A stretch of 49,365 nucleotides of DNA from Nemertoderma westbladi (GCA_032718475.1 JAUCBJ010000463.1:1-49365), one strand, 5' to 3'. Numbered from the stretch's first letter, positions 1 through 11,924 are shown. Program-made: numbers and translations. The notes: generated by a model from the sequence alone, not told the origin.

Positions 1-729
1 TCTTTTTATTAACTCCAGAAAGACCAAAATTTTGACAGTTAACTTTGAAAGTTCTCAGCAAGTCTCTGATCGGATGAGCATAAGCTCGAAGGATGGTATG
101 CTTGAGCATGTGGACGACTTCTGTTACCTGGGATCATGGATCCGGAAGTCAGATGAGGACCTTCGAATACGTAAGGGAAAAGCATGGGCAGCCTTGAATA
201 GGCTTTCCAGGATTTGGAAGTCACCGAGAATTAATCGGAAACTTAAGGTCCGATTATTTAGAGCAGCAGTAGTTCCAGTACTCCTCTATGGGAGTCCATG
301 CTGGGCTCTAACTGCTGAGGACACCAAATCACTGGATGGCACATTCACAAGAATGCTACGCCGGGTTCATTGTGTCAAGTACAATGCACACATCTCCAAC
401 CAGACACTATATAACATTGGAGGTGTCTCATTGGTTCCCCCAAGCTTGGCACTAGAACAAAATCGCCTCCGCTTTGCAGGCCATTGCTTTCGCCGTGAGG
501 ACCAGCCAGTGCATAATCTTGTACTTTGGCAGCCTAATGGAGTGAATAAGCATGGTGGACAGCCCATGACTTTCTTGAGACGCATCTTAAAGGACACTGG
601 CCTTGAAGATGCGGATGATCTAGCAAATGTCATGGGTGATAAGGAGTTGTGGCGGCGCAATTTTGTCGACAAGCCGGCACAGCATTCTTAAAAGTGCAGC
701 TGCAATGCAGCATGCCGATACTAGTAGTA
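1..729 (+). mobile_element. 3' part of an RTE-clade non-LTR retrotransposon (end of RT plus C-terminal domain, stop at 691, short TAG-type tail)
   Basis: Open frame to 691 with RTE-like motifs F.YLGS, RIRKGKAW, KLKVRLFRAAVVPVLLYG..W.LT, RLRFAGHC.R. Positions 1-164 are near-identical to 39275-39438, which carries the RT core. Confidence 0.88.
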
Positions 730-869
730 TTGAATTTACAGAAAATTTAATATTTTCTATTAATTGAACAAAAATAACAATATTTAGACTACATTATTCT
801 CACACCTTTTTTACATTATTCTCATTCGTTTTACATTATTCTGAATTTTTTTACAAGATGTTAACGCTA

Positions 870-2478
870 AGCAGACACCTGGTGCGTGCAGACACTGCTG
901 CCGACACTGGTGCAGACACCTGGTGCAGTGAAGACACTGGTGAAGAAACCTGGTGCAGTGCGGACACTGGTGCAGAAACCTGGAGCAGACACTGGTGCAG
1001 ACACTGGTGCAGAAACCTGGAGCAGACACTGCTGCCGACACTGGTGCAGACACCTGTTGCAGTGCAGACACTGGTGCAGAAACCTGGAGCAGACACTGGT
1101 GCCGACACTGGTGCCGACACTGGTGTAGACTCTTGGTGCAGACACTTGGGGCAGGCAATGGTGCAGACACCTGGTGCAGGCACTTGGTGCAGGCCTACAC
1201 TGGTGCAGATATTTGGAGCAGGCACTGGTGCAAACACCTGGTGCAGACACTTGGTGCAGACACCTGGTGCAAGCATACACTGGTGCAGACACTTGGAGCA
1301 GGTACTGGTGCAGACACCTGGTGCAGACACTTGGAGAAGACACTGGTGCCGACACTGGTGTAGACTCTTGGTGCAGACACCTGGTGCAGGCATACACTGG
1401 TGCAGACACTTAGAGCAGGCACTGGTGCAGACACCTGGTGCAGACACTGGTGCAGACACTTGGTGCAGACACCTGGTGCAGGCCTACACTGGTGCAGACA
1501 CTTGAAGCAGGCACTGGTGCAGATACCTGGTGCAGACACTGGTGCAGACACTTGGTGCAGGCGCCTGGTGCGGGCCTACACTGGTGCAGACACTTGGAGC
1601 AGGCACTGGTGCAGATACCTGGTGCAGACACTGGTGCAGACACTTGGTGCAGGCACTTGGTGCAGGCATGGTGCAGAACCTGGTGCAGACCCTGGTGCAG
1701 ACACTTGGCGCAGACACCTGGTGCAGGCCTACACTGGTGCAGACACTTGGAGCAGGCACTGGTGCAGATACCTGGTGCAAACACTGGTACCGACACTTGG
1801 AGCAGGCACTGGTGTAGACACCCTGGTGCAAGCATATACTGGTGCAGACACTTGGAGCAGGTACTGGTGCAGACACCTGGTGCAGACACCTGGTGCTGAC
1901 ACTTGGAGCAGACACTGGTGCCGACACTGGTGTAGACTCTTGGTGCAGACACCTGGTGCAAGCATACACTGGTGCAGACACTTGGAGCAGGCACTGGTGC
2001 AGACACTGGTGCCGACACTGGTGTAGACTCTTGGTGCAGACACCTGGTGCAGGCCTACACTGGTGCAGACATTTGGAGCAGGCACTGGTTCAGACACCTG
2101 GTGCAGGCCTACACAGGTGCAGACACTGGAGTAAGCACTGGTGCAGACACATGGTGCATACACTGGTACCGACACTTAGTGCAGGCATGGTGCAGACACC
2201 TGGTGCAAACACTGGTGCAGACACTTGGTGCAGACACCTGGTGCAGGCCTACACAGGTGCAGACACTTGGAGCAGGCACTGGTGCAGACACCTGGTGCAT
2301 ACACTGGTACCGACACTTGGAGCAGGCACTGGTGCAGACACTGGTACAGACACTTGGAGCAGACACTGGTGCAAACACCTGGTGCAGAAACCGGGAGCAG
2401 GTACTGGTGCCGACACTTGGTGCATATACTTTGTGCAGACCTGATACAAATACTTGGTACAGACACTGGTGCAGACTA
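870..2478 (+). repeat. Minisatellite of 12-13 bp units (TGGTGCAGACAC[C/T]) with variant units
   Basis: Directly visible tandem array; it produces the many low-complexity ORFs in all frames. Confidence 0.95.
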
Positions 2479-3676
2479 CAAATGTTTTAATATGTAATAG
2501 AGGTGTTCGTAGGCAATTAAATGGTTCAAATTTAGTATTGGCAATATGTTAATTCATTTGTAATAATGTATTATATTATTCGTACACAAATACATCGCTT
2601 ATATATATAAGGATAAAATAACCCAAAGGTGATGCGTAAAAGGTGAGTGCGTATTGTTGGGGGCGATCGGGCAGTGGGTCTTGGTTGGGTGCCGAGGGAA
2701 GTGGGTATTGTTGGAGCGGGTCGCGGGTGTTCTTTAGTTAACAACAATAGGTTTGAGAAATTTTCATCACTATCTCTTCATAATAAAGCTTTGCAGCCCC
2801 GATACCGATTACGGATTTGCGATAACTTGTTTCTAATTGTTGAAATTCAGTGTAGAATGTATTGTTTGTGCGAAATACTAAACAAATTTTGAGTGAATCC
2901 CATTCCCAGAACATAATTATCAATATGAGACATGTAACGACGTATGTTTTGAGCGAGTCATTACCCTATTGGTGAAATTAATTATTGGGAAAGTGCCTCA
3001 TTTTTAGTTTTTGTTTAATTTTTATTGGGTAAGTGACTCACTCATTGGGCAAATGACATGTTGGAAAAGTGAGTTTAATTTCAGTCTGTTTATACTACAT
3101 TACAGTTGTAATAAGAAGTGTTAATTTCCAGTGTTTTATCGAATAATACTAATAACAATTACATTTCAATTAGTTGACAACAAGTCAGACTGACGACTGA
3201 GCATGAACTAATTCATACTCTGAGTGTATCCCCGGCATGAGACAATAGCTTAATCACCTCGTTTTATTAATAAGCATTGACTCAGGTAAAGGTAAACAAA
3301 TTAATCATACTCTGTCTAAAGTAGGTCAAGCATAAACAATCAAACACTGTCGCTTAAGCCTCATTCCTTGGAGACATTGCAGCTCACAGTTTTGAAGACA
3401 TTATTGTTTATATTAAAATGGGAATAAAGATTAATTACTTTAGTACAAACCACTTTGAATTATTTGTAATCAGGGCACATTCACCCCACGAATCTTGTTC
3501 CTAATGATATTTTGAGAATTTTGTTCCAACGGGCAGCGAACGCCGATTTGTACTCGAGTAGTTACGCGCTTATTTGTAGGTTAAATAATAATAATAAATA
3601 ATATGATAATAATATAATATAATAGTACCAGTGGTTCTGTGTTTTTGTGACGTGTGCTTTGGTATTTCAGTATTTC

Positions 3677-4273
3677 ACCAGGTGTCTGCTCCAGGTGCCT
3701 GCACCAGTGTCTGCACCAGGTGTCTGCACCAGTGTCTGCACCAGGTGTCTGCACCATTGTCTGCTCCAGAGTCTGCCCCAGGTGTCTGCAGCTGCATCAG
3801 TGTCTGCACCAGGTGTCTGCACCAGGTATCTGCACCAGTGTCTGCACCAGTATCTACACCAGGTGTCTGCACCAGTGTCTGCACCAGTATCTACACCAGG
3901 TGTCTGCACCAGTGTCTGCACCAGTATCTAACCAGGTGTCTGCACCAGTGTCTGCACCAGTATCTAACCAGGTGTCTGCACCAGTATATAACCAGGTGTC
4001 TGCACCAGGTATCTGCACCAGTGTCTGCACCAGTATCTACACCAGGTGTCTGCACCAGTGTCTACACCAGTATCTAACCAGGTGTCTGCACCAGTGTCTG
4101 CACCAGTATCTAACCAGGTGTCTGCACCAGTATATAACCAGGTGTCTGCACCAGTATATAACCAGGTGTCTGTACCAGTATATAACCAGGTGTCTGCACC
4201 AGTATCTAACCAGGTGTCTGCACCAGTATATAACCAGGTGTCTGCACCAGTATATAACCAGGTGTCTGTACCA
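3677..4273 (-). repeat. Same minisatellite in inverted orientation (GTGTCTGCACCA[G]), grading into a ~24 bp variant
   Basis: Units are the reverse complement of the 870-2478 array. Confidence 0.93.
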
Positions 4274-4493
4274 GGAAATTAAATAAAAAAAATAACTTAA
4301 AATACAGGAAATTACGTTAATTGTTTTAACATTGTTTCAATGGGCTGCGGTAAGCCGCGATTTAGCGCACAACTACCTGTTGGGTCGTTCACAGTCAGCG
4401 GTGTACCGCTGGCCCTGCGGTACACCGCGCGGTGTACCGTTCCGTTGGATTGAACGGGCCTTAAAACAAGAGGCATGCTTTTCAAATGTGGAA

Positions 4494-5520
4494 AGTAAGG
4501 GTTTGAACTTGAAGAACTTAATTGGTAAGGGTTTTAACTTAATTGGTAAGGGTTTGAACTTAATTGGTAAGGGTTTTAACTTAATTGGTAAGGCTTTGAA
4601 CTTAATTTGTAAGGGTTTGAATCTAATTCGTTGGAACTTAATTGTAAATGTAAAAGTAAGGGTTTGAAAAACTTAATTGGTATGGGTTTTAACTTAATTG
4701 GTAAGGGATTGAAGATTTTAATTGGTACGGGTTTGAACTTAATTTGTAAGGCTTTGAACTTAATTTGTAAGGGTTTGAATCAAATTGGTTGGAGCGTAAT
4801 TGTAAATGTAAAAGTAAGGGTTTGAAAAACTTAATTGGTATGGGTTTTAACTTAATTGGTAAGGGATTGAAGATTTTAATTGGTACGGGTTTGAACTTAA
4901 TTTGTAAGTCTTTGAACTTAATTTGTAAGGGTTTGAACCTAATTGGTTGGAACTTAATTGTAAATGTAAAACTAAAAGTAAGGGTTTGAAAAACTTGATT
5001 GGTATGGGTTTGAACTTAATTGGTAAGGGTTTGTACTTAATGGGAAAGGGTTTGACTTTGAACTTAATTGGTAAGGGTTTGAACTTAATTGGTAAGGGAT
5101 TGAACTTAATTGGTAAGGGTTTGTACTTAACGGGCAAGGGTTTGACTTTAAACTTAATTGGTAAAGGTATGAACTTAATTGGTAAGGGTTTGAACTTAAT
5201 TGGTAAGGGTTTGAACTTAATTAGTAAGGGTCTGAACTTAATTGGTATGGGTTTGTACTTAATCGTTAAGGGTTTGACTTTGAACTTAATTGGTAAGGGT
5301 TTGAACTTAATTGGTAAGGGTTTGAACTTAATTGGTAAGGGTCTGAACTGAACTTAATTAGTAAGGGTTTGAACTTAATTGGTATGGGTTTGTACTTAAT
5401 CGTAAGGGTTTGACTTTGAACTTAATTGGTACGGGTTTGAACTTAATTAGTAATGGTTTGAACTTAATTGGTATGGGTTTTCAACTAAATTTGTATTGGT
5501 TTGATTTGAACTTAATTGAT
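4494..5520. repeat. 21-bp minisatellite GGTAAGGGTTTGAACTTAATT with ~158-bp higher-order blocks
   Basis: Visible tandem array; the NLIGKGL ORFs derive from it. Confidence 0.95.
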
Positions 5521-5737
5521 AATTCTTCAGTGTGCTGTGAATTTATTATAAAAAAATACTACAGTTGCATTAGTTCAGAAAGATTTCTGTAGTAAGTAAC
5601 CAAACACCTGTAGCTGTACGCTGTAGTTATCAAATCACCATAGAAACAATTTTGAACGTGCCCTGATATGAACACAAGATCAGGAAAAAACACGACGGGT
5701 AAAAAAGACAACATTCAATAAAAAAAATTAATAAAAT

Positions 5738-5967
5738 AGCATACTGAAACAAAAATACCATACTGAAACTAAAATACCATATTGAAACTAAAATACCATA
5801 CTGAAACTAAAATACCATAATAAAACTAAGATACAACACTGAAACAAAATTACCATACTGAAACTAAAATACCATACTGAAACTAAAATACCATACTGAA
5901 ACTAAAATACCATACTGAAACTAAATTACCATATTGAAACTACAATACAAAACTGAAACTAAAATTT
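5738..5967. repeat. 19-bp minisatellite AAAATACCATACTGAAACT
   Basis: About 12 visible tandem units. Confidence 0.9.
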
Positions 5968-6102
5968 CATATATTGGTCAGATATATTATTTAAGCAAAG
6001 CAACTCATCATATAATTCCCCAAATATGCTATAAATGTACAGTATGTAAATAAACATGATTTAATAAACAGATAAAAAATAATTGTATAAGTAAACGTAA
6101 CT

Positions 6103-6441
6103 CAGGGTTGCCTGCCACTCTAGTTCAGTTTCAATTTTCCCTGAATTTTTGAAAAAATGACTGCAGCTGCATTACACTTTTTAAAGAATATAGTATAATA
6201 GAATATTGGCCGTTTTATTATATTCCAAACACAATTTCGAGAGTTAAGCGATTAGAATGCACCTATGGCGAGCGAAGCGAGCATAGAAAATTTTACACAC
6301 TTTCGCTTATGACACATTTCCTGTATAATCACATTCCCTGACTTTTCCCTGATCTGTCAATTTTTTACAAGGATTCCCTGGCATTTCAAGATAGAATTTA
6401 ATTCCCTGACTATTCCATGTGCGTGGCAAGTGGCAACCCTG
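6103..6441. mobile_element. MITE with CAGGGTTGCC termini and 5-bp TSD TAACT (second copy at ~29558-29923)
   Basis: TAACT|CAGGGTTGCC...GGCAACCCTG|TAACT, with internal TTCCCTGA repeats. Confidence 0.8.
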
Positions 6442-7364
6442 TAACTGCTAACACAAACAAACACTGTAATAATTATAATAGCGCCACATAAAAAAATAGT
6501 AAACCTGATTTTCATCCTGAGTTTCCCTGAACATGGATATCATGGCAGCATACCGGTACACTTTGTACGTTAAATATATTTGTAATAAATATAATTCCAG
6601 TATCAGGAGATGATGACATAGTAAAATGTGATAAATTAAATAAAACGAAGACAGAGATCCACAACAACAATGTTCAGTAATCATAATAAAATACATTTAC
6701 GAAACAGTAATAAACAATCTTCTGTTACATTATTTTATCTTCTTAACAAATTAATTCCGTAAAACAAATTAATTTGACACAGGTAACTTCATATCTCTCA
6801 ACAATCTGTTCTCAATAGAAATCGGATCACGTATTAATTGAATATACCGCACTTACTTATTAAGTTATGTTTTAGTTTAGTAAAATATAAATGGAGAATA
6901 TAAATCTTGTGCCATATTTTGAGTCGAAATTTTCCGTCAAGCCGCACTAGACTAATAGCATTTTAATTTGATAACACAAGTAAAATAATAACAATATATA
7001 CCGGTGTATAAAATATAGGCCTATATATATTTGAAATAAATTGCCAATGCATAAAGCACCACCACCACTGGCAATGTAGCACAAGGTTTGGTGCTTAGCC
7101 AACTAGTACAAACGGAAAAGCTAATTGCAAGCCAAGATTAATAAGGTCTACTGAAAAATTATTGTAAATCATTTCTAAAAATTTCGAAAAAAAATCGGTA
7201 CGGTAAACGTGATGCCACCACCATCAGTTGAGTCAGTCTCAGTATATATATATATATTTGTTGCAACATGCATGTTTTGCTAACAATTAGTCAGAACAAT
7301 AATTATTAATATGAATACACGGGAATATAATACCGGTTCCAGAAATAGTAAATATCAAATATCA

Positions 7365-8702
7365 TTACTCCATTGAGTTTGCATGTACTAATCTCGCTTC
7401 TTCAATGAGGTCTGTTGGACGTCTCTCGCATATGTGGCTGATACTGGCGAGAAATCCGCCTAAGCCATCAGACTTGTCGGATGACGAGTTCAACGCTGTT
7501 TCAATGTGCCCCTTAACCATTTCTTCAACAAGATCGTAAGCGAGTGATTCTTCATGTCTGTAGACCGAAAGAAAGATCATCCCGTCGAAGACGATACGAT
7601 GGATTTGGAATAGAAACGCGAATAGGCATATAAACCTTTTGGATACATTGGAGCTGCATTGTGAGGTTACAAGGGTGAGTGTATCCGCGATTAGTGAGCT
7701 CGCAGGGGCTAGTTCCAACTGGATATAGTGGGTACTAACATTTGAAAAGAACAACAGAAGGATTTTAAGGAGAATGTACTCATTATCTGTTATTCCAAGA
7801 TGATAGAAGTGGTTAGCCAGGTTGAACAAACCTTCAATGATGCGATCGATGCCGGGAAGTTCTTCAGATGACAAGAGAGATAGTGCTTGAGAACGCGTTA
7901 ATAAGAAGTCAGGGGCAAATTGGAGGGTGTCAGAGGAAGGTCCAAGACGGGCGGATGATGCCGCTACATTAAGAACAAACAGGTCCAGCCAGGAGGATTC
8001 AAGGAGATGACTCTGTGCTTCATAGGTTAGGGAAATAAACAATGGTATCCGTTTCGCCCAATTAATAAGAAAAACGAGGTTGCAGTCTGCAAGGAGTGAC
8101 AGGACCAGGAGGAAACCATGTTGGGAGAAAGTGGCCAAGTCGTAGTTAATATTGGAGATGGGATTCGAGAGTTCAATGTGCTGCAAATGACAGAGAAACT
8201 GATGGGCTTTTTCAGAAATCTCAATAGTGACTGTGTATGGGGATTTTATGTGTTGATTAAGGTGATCGGCATACCCCGAAAATTTATCCTCAAATGGTTC
8301 TGGCAATTCAGCTTTGACAGTGGTGGGCTTTTTATCCACGATTCTGCTAGCCCGACAGCGACCACCACGTTTTCGATCCTCCCGAACCATTTCTGTTTGC
8401 ATCCCAGACTCTGAGCACTTACGGAAGCGGCAAGCTTGACAGTTTTTCCTGGTGTGTTTGTCAATACGGCATTTATTGTCAGAGTAACAAGAGAAATTAA
8501 GGCGAAGTTGGACAGTTCTTCGGAAAAATGCTTTACATGATTCGCAGGAGAGGGCACCATAATGGTGACCAGTAGCTATATCTGCGCAGACCAGACAGGG
8601 GCGTTGCGGTTTTTCCCTGTATCCTATACGCATCCTAGGGGCACCACCATTACCAGCACTGAAATATTCGGATGGCTCAACCATTATGATTCGGGTTTTC
8701 AT
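7365..8702 (-). CDS. Intronless nuclear receptor, NR3 (estrogen/estrogen-related receptor-like), 445 aa, copy A
   Basis: Two C4 zinc fingers (CLVC...CESCKAFFRRT; C...C.IDK..RKNCQACRF.KC...GM) and T-box VREDRKRGGR. LBD motifs LAD..LV..INWAKRIP.F, Q.HLLE..WL, L.FAP..LL.R and AF-2-like YDLVEEMV. Confidence 0.93.
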   Translation of the reverse strand: MKTRIIMVEPSEYFSAGNGGAPRMRIGYREKPQRPCLVCADIATGHHYGALSCESCKAFFRRTVQLRLNFSCYSDNKCRIDKHTRKNCQACRFRKCSESGMQTEMVREDRKRGGRCRASRIVDKKPTTVKAELPEPFEDKFSGYADHLNQHIKSPYTVTIEISEKAHQFLCHLQHIELSNPISNINYDLATFSQHGFLLVLSLLADCNLVFLINWAKRIPLFISLTYEAQSHLLESSWLDLFVLNVAASSARLGPSSDTLQFAPDFLLTRSQALSLLSSEELPGIDRIIEGLFNLANHFYHLGITDNEYILLKILLLFFSNVSTHYIQLELAPASSLIADTLTLVTSQCSSNVSKRFICLFAFLFQIHRIVFDGMIFLSVYRHEESLAYDLVEEMVKGHIETALNSSSDKSDGLGGFLASISHICERRPTDLIEEARLVHANSME

Positions 8703-8976
8703 TTAAAAATAATATTACACTGGTACCGGTATGTATTTCAGTATTTCGAATCAATATGCAGTTTCATTTGTCATTGTGTCAGTTTAATCTAATTCGTCAC
8801 CATACTGTCATAGCAAGCAGATGGCTGATATACAACAAAACAACAATAGTCTGACAGTATAAATAAAAAAGAAATCAAATACTGAGCATTGTTTGTTGGT
8901 TTATTATAATCCATAGGCCCTATGCTGATATGAGTGATATGTGTAATATAATATACACCATCACCCTTGATAAATC

Positions 8977-9709
8977 AACCATTTTTTTATCAAGTCGGAG
9001 CCCCCTGCGCCTGCCCCCCACCCTAAATTTTTTCCAATTTCAATAAAATGCTACGAAATTTGCTATGGATGATAGTCCACGGAGGCCAGGCTGCAAATTA
9101 AGTCCAAAAATCGCAACGCGTTGAAATGGTGCGTGGTAAAAGCGCGCCGAATTGAAATAAAAGTGCGCGAAATTATGTGAAAGACAACAAAAGTGCGCAG
9201 TAATCTGTGCAAAATATCAAAAGTCCTAAAAGTACGCGGACAGGCGGATGAGGTGTAATAAAGTTTACATGCATGCAAAGTGAGAAAAATAATTTTCCAC
9301 AAAATTTTGCTCGCTTCGCTTGCGTTTCTTTGCATTTTGCATTGTTAAAGAAATAATTTTGCTCGCTTCGCTCGTGTATGTTTTTCGTTTTTTTTATTTT
9401 GTTAAAATGTGGTATGCGCGTTTTTTTCGGTGCATGCGTGGTGTTGGTGTATTGTCCAATATTGCGCGGCTAAAAAAATATGCGCAGGCGTTGTGCGCGG
9501 TTCAGTGGTGGTTTGCAGCCTGGCACGGAGGTGGTTAAACATTGCTAAATAGACATTTTTAAGGGTTTGTTGTATGGAAGTAACTGTGCAATTGAAAAAT
9601 CTGGCCAGGCCACCAGTAAGAAAAGCTGTCGATCTATCATCATAGAAAATTTCGTAGCATTTTATTGAAATTTGAAAAAAATTAGGGGGGGGGGTCTCCA
9701 ACTTGATAA
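8977..9709. mobile_element. MITE-like element with ~90-bp inverted ends, predating the duplication and hit by later insertions in both copies
   Basis: TTTTATCAAGTCGGAG...AATTTCAATAAAATGCTACGAAATTT is mirrored at 9647-9709. No clear TSD seen. Confidence 0.6.
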
Positions 9710-9951
9710 GGGTCCTACGAATTACCCCAAAATACCCCAAAATACTCCAAAATACCCCAAAATAGTCAAAAATTACCCCAAAATACCCCAAAAAGGCAAA
9801 AAATTACCCCAAAATACCCCAAAATAATCTAACAATGGTTTTTAACAGCGAGGGAAAGGAGCAGGTTACAGTGGCAAGTTTTTTTAACCAAAACGAGAGT
9901 GAAGAAAAAATTTTTAATTATTTTGGGGTAATTCGTCATTATTTTGGGGTA

Positions 9952-11924
9952 GGGTAAACTGGGGTAATTTGGGACAAAATCGTCCTTTAAAGCTTTTTTC
10001 ACAATCTTAAAAACATTTTTTTGATAATCCGACCTTATCAAGTATGCACCATGAAAACATTCTATCAAACTAATTACTTAATTTTTATTTTCAAATAATT
10101 AATTAGCATTTTTTAATTAATATTCATCAGTGTCCCAAATTACCCCAGCATGGGGTAATTTGGGACAGTTGGGGGAATTTGGGACATAACATAAATCGAA
10201 CTGTAGTAGCCCTAGCCCATTGTAATTGACACAAACTTTGTTGAGAAATTGTACAATGCATCAATATGACCAAAAGTTGAGATTTTAGAGATTATTCCAC
10301 ACCTCCAGTACAACAGTCTCCCGCTAGAGGGCTACATGTCAGACATTAATAAATGTCCTCCCATCTGCCATCTCTTTGCATTTAATCCGACCAACAGATC
10401 ATGCTGAAATTTGTCATATTTGTATTAGACCGACCATATTAGCTGTCATGTGTTATTCAAAGGGGGCTAATCTGTATGCAGTTCCTTAGTCTGCCACTAG
10501 AGGGCCGAATGTCTGAAAGTGAAATGGCTCATTCCGTTATTTATGATCCGTTCAAGCTGAAACTTGTCAAATATGTTATATGCCGTCTGTCTGTATGTGC
10601 TCAGCTAGAATACATCCTGCGTCAGTGGGCTGCTGCTGATGTGTCTTTTGGTGGGGTCGGTAATTGTAATGCAGGTCTCCAGTCTACTTCTAGAGGGCAA
10701 AATGTATGAAAGTTGAAAGTGATAACCTTCCACTCCCCCGTTGCCGTTATGTACCAATTTACTTGATCTTAACCTGTTTAAGCTGAGTCTTGTAATATAA
10801 GTACCACAACGACTACATACATACTACTACATGAAGTGTCTTTTTGAGGAAGGTGATTTATCTGCAGTTCTCCAGTCTGCTGCTAGAGGGCGAAATGTCT
10901 GAAAGTGAAACCTTCTCCCATTTCCGTGATTCTAATTCGTTTACCTTTATCCAGTTATCTGAATCTTGGGAAAGTATGTACTAATGTACTATAGGCCCTA
11001 ATATACCACATGTGACATGTTGAATCTTTTGTGAAGGTTATCGGTCATCTTTTCTCAAGTCTGCTGCTAGACTGCTAGAGGGCGAAATATCTGAAAGTGA
11101 CATCCTTGACTCATTCCATTCACTGAAACTTGTCAAATGTGATGTATTTTTGTATAATCTTGTATTATACAATCTTGTATAATCTGTATGTAAGTATATT
11201 TATATTGCTCTGTTTAGAATACATCCTGCATCAGTAGTCAGGTAGTGTGCTGTTGCTGTGTCTTGGTGCGGTCGGGAATTGATCTACAGTTCTCCACTCT
11301 GCTGCTAGAGGGCAAAATGTGTGAAAGTGATCTTCCGCTTACCCCTGTACCCATGTCTCCATTTCCTTCATTTTAATCTGTTTAAGCTGAGTCTTGGAAT
11401 ATATGTATAGTACCAGACCACGACTACATGCTGCGTGGCTGCCGCTGCATCTTTTTGAGTAAGGAATGTGATTAATCTGCTGCTGCTGCAGTTCTCCAGT
11501 CTGCTGCTAGAGGGCGAAATGTTGAATGAAAGGCCTTCTTGATTTTAATTGATTTTAATTTGTTAACCATAAGCCTGTAAGCTGAATCTTGGCAAAGTAT
11601 GTATTAGGCTATAGGCAGATAGGATAGGCCCTACTACAGTACTATACCTACTATATAGGTTATCTGTCATCTCTTCAGTTCTCCAGTCTGCCGCTAGTGG
11701 GCGAAATGTCTGAAAGCGAACACCTTACACTTGCTGGTGACGGCTAGTCTATCCGACATCCCTACATCATTTAAAATAGGCATATCAAGTCTGAAGCTAA
11801 GTGTAGGCCTATAATTTAAGCAACCCACCAAACCCCACTGCAATCACAGTTAAGAAAATACCTGTCCCAAATTACCCCAGCCTGTCCCAAATTCCCCCAT
11901 GTCCCAAATTACCCCAGTTTACCC
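9952..11924. mobile_element. Nested non-autonomous TA-TSD element (Tc1/mariner/pogo-like), 25-bp TIR GGGTAAACTGGGGTAATTTGGGACA
   Basis: TA|GGGTAAAC...GTTTACCC|TA. Removing it restores the host repeat GGGGTAATTCGTCATT. Confidence 0.85.
10305..11720 (+). promoter_or_regulatory. Array of 8 co-oriented CTCF-like motifs within a diverged ~190-bp repeat
   Basis: C[C/T][A/G/T]CTAG[A/T]GGGC cores at 10321, 10494, 10687, 10880, 11072, 11302, 11504 and 11691, several preceded by TGCAG. Confidence 0.55.

Noticed and set aside
811-2497. Many overlapping 80-215 aa ORFs (WCRH, GADT, VSAP repeats)
   Set aside because: They are translations of a stop-poor 12-13 bp minisatellite open in all frames on both strands; the same applies to 3631-4286.
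4382-4464. GC-rich hairpins (CAGCGGTGTACCGCTG; CGGTACACCGCGCGGTGTACCG) as ncRNA or terminator
   Set aside because: No tRNA or snRNA features; more likely a MITE remnant, with related GTTCAC...TGAAC.GG.CTTAA sequence near 16530-16566.
4332-5592. LRR-like NLIGKGL repeat ORFs, and a possible telomeric repeat
   Set aside because: Product of a 21-bp satellite with frameshifts; there is no TTAGGG-type short unit.
7365-8702. Assigning a gene symbol (ESR or ESRR)
   Set aside because: The DBD is ERR/ER-like, the LBD more ER-like and the P-box matches neither; orthology needs a phylogeny.
8027-8792. Short ORFs overlapping the receptor (also 31491-32256)
   Set aside because: Alternative-frame or antisense shadows of the real CDS with no recognisable motifs.
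10305-11720. CRISPR-like repeat-spacer appearance
   Set aside because: Eukaryotic context, ~150-bp spacers homologous to each other, degenerate repeats and no cas genes.
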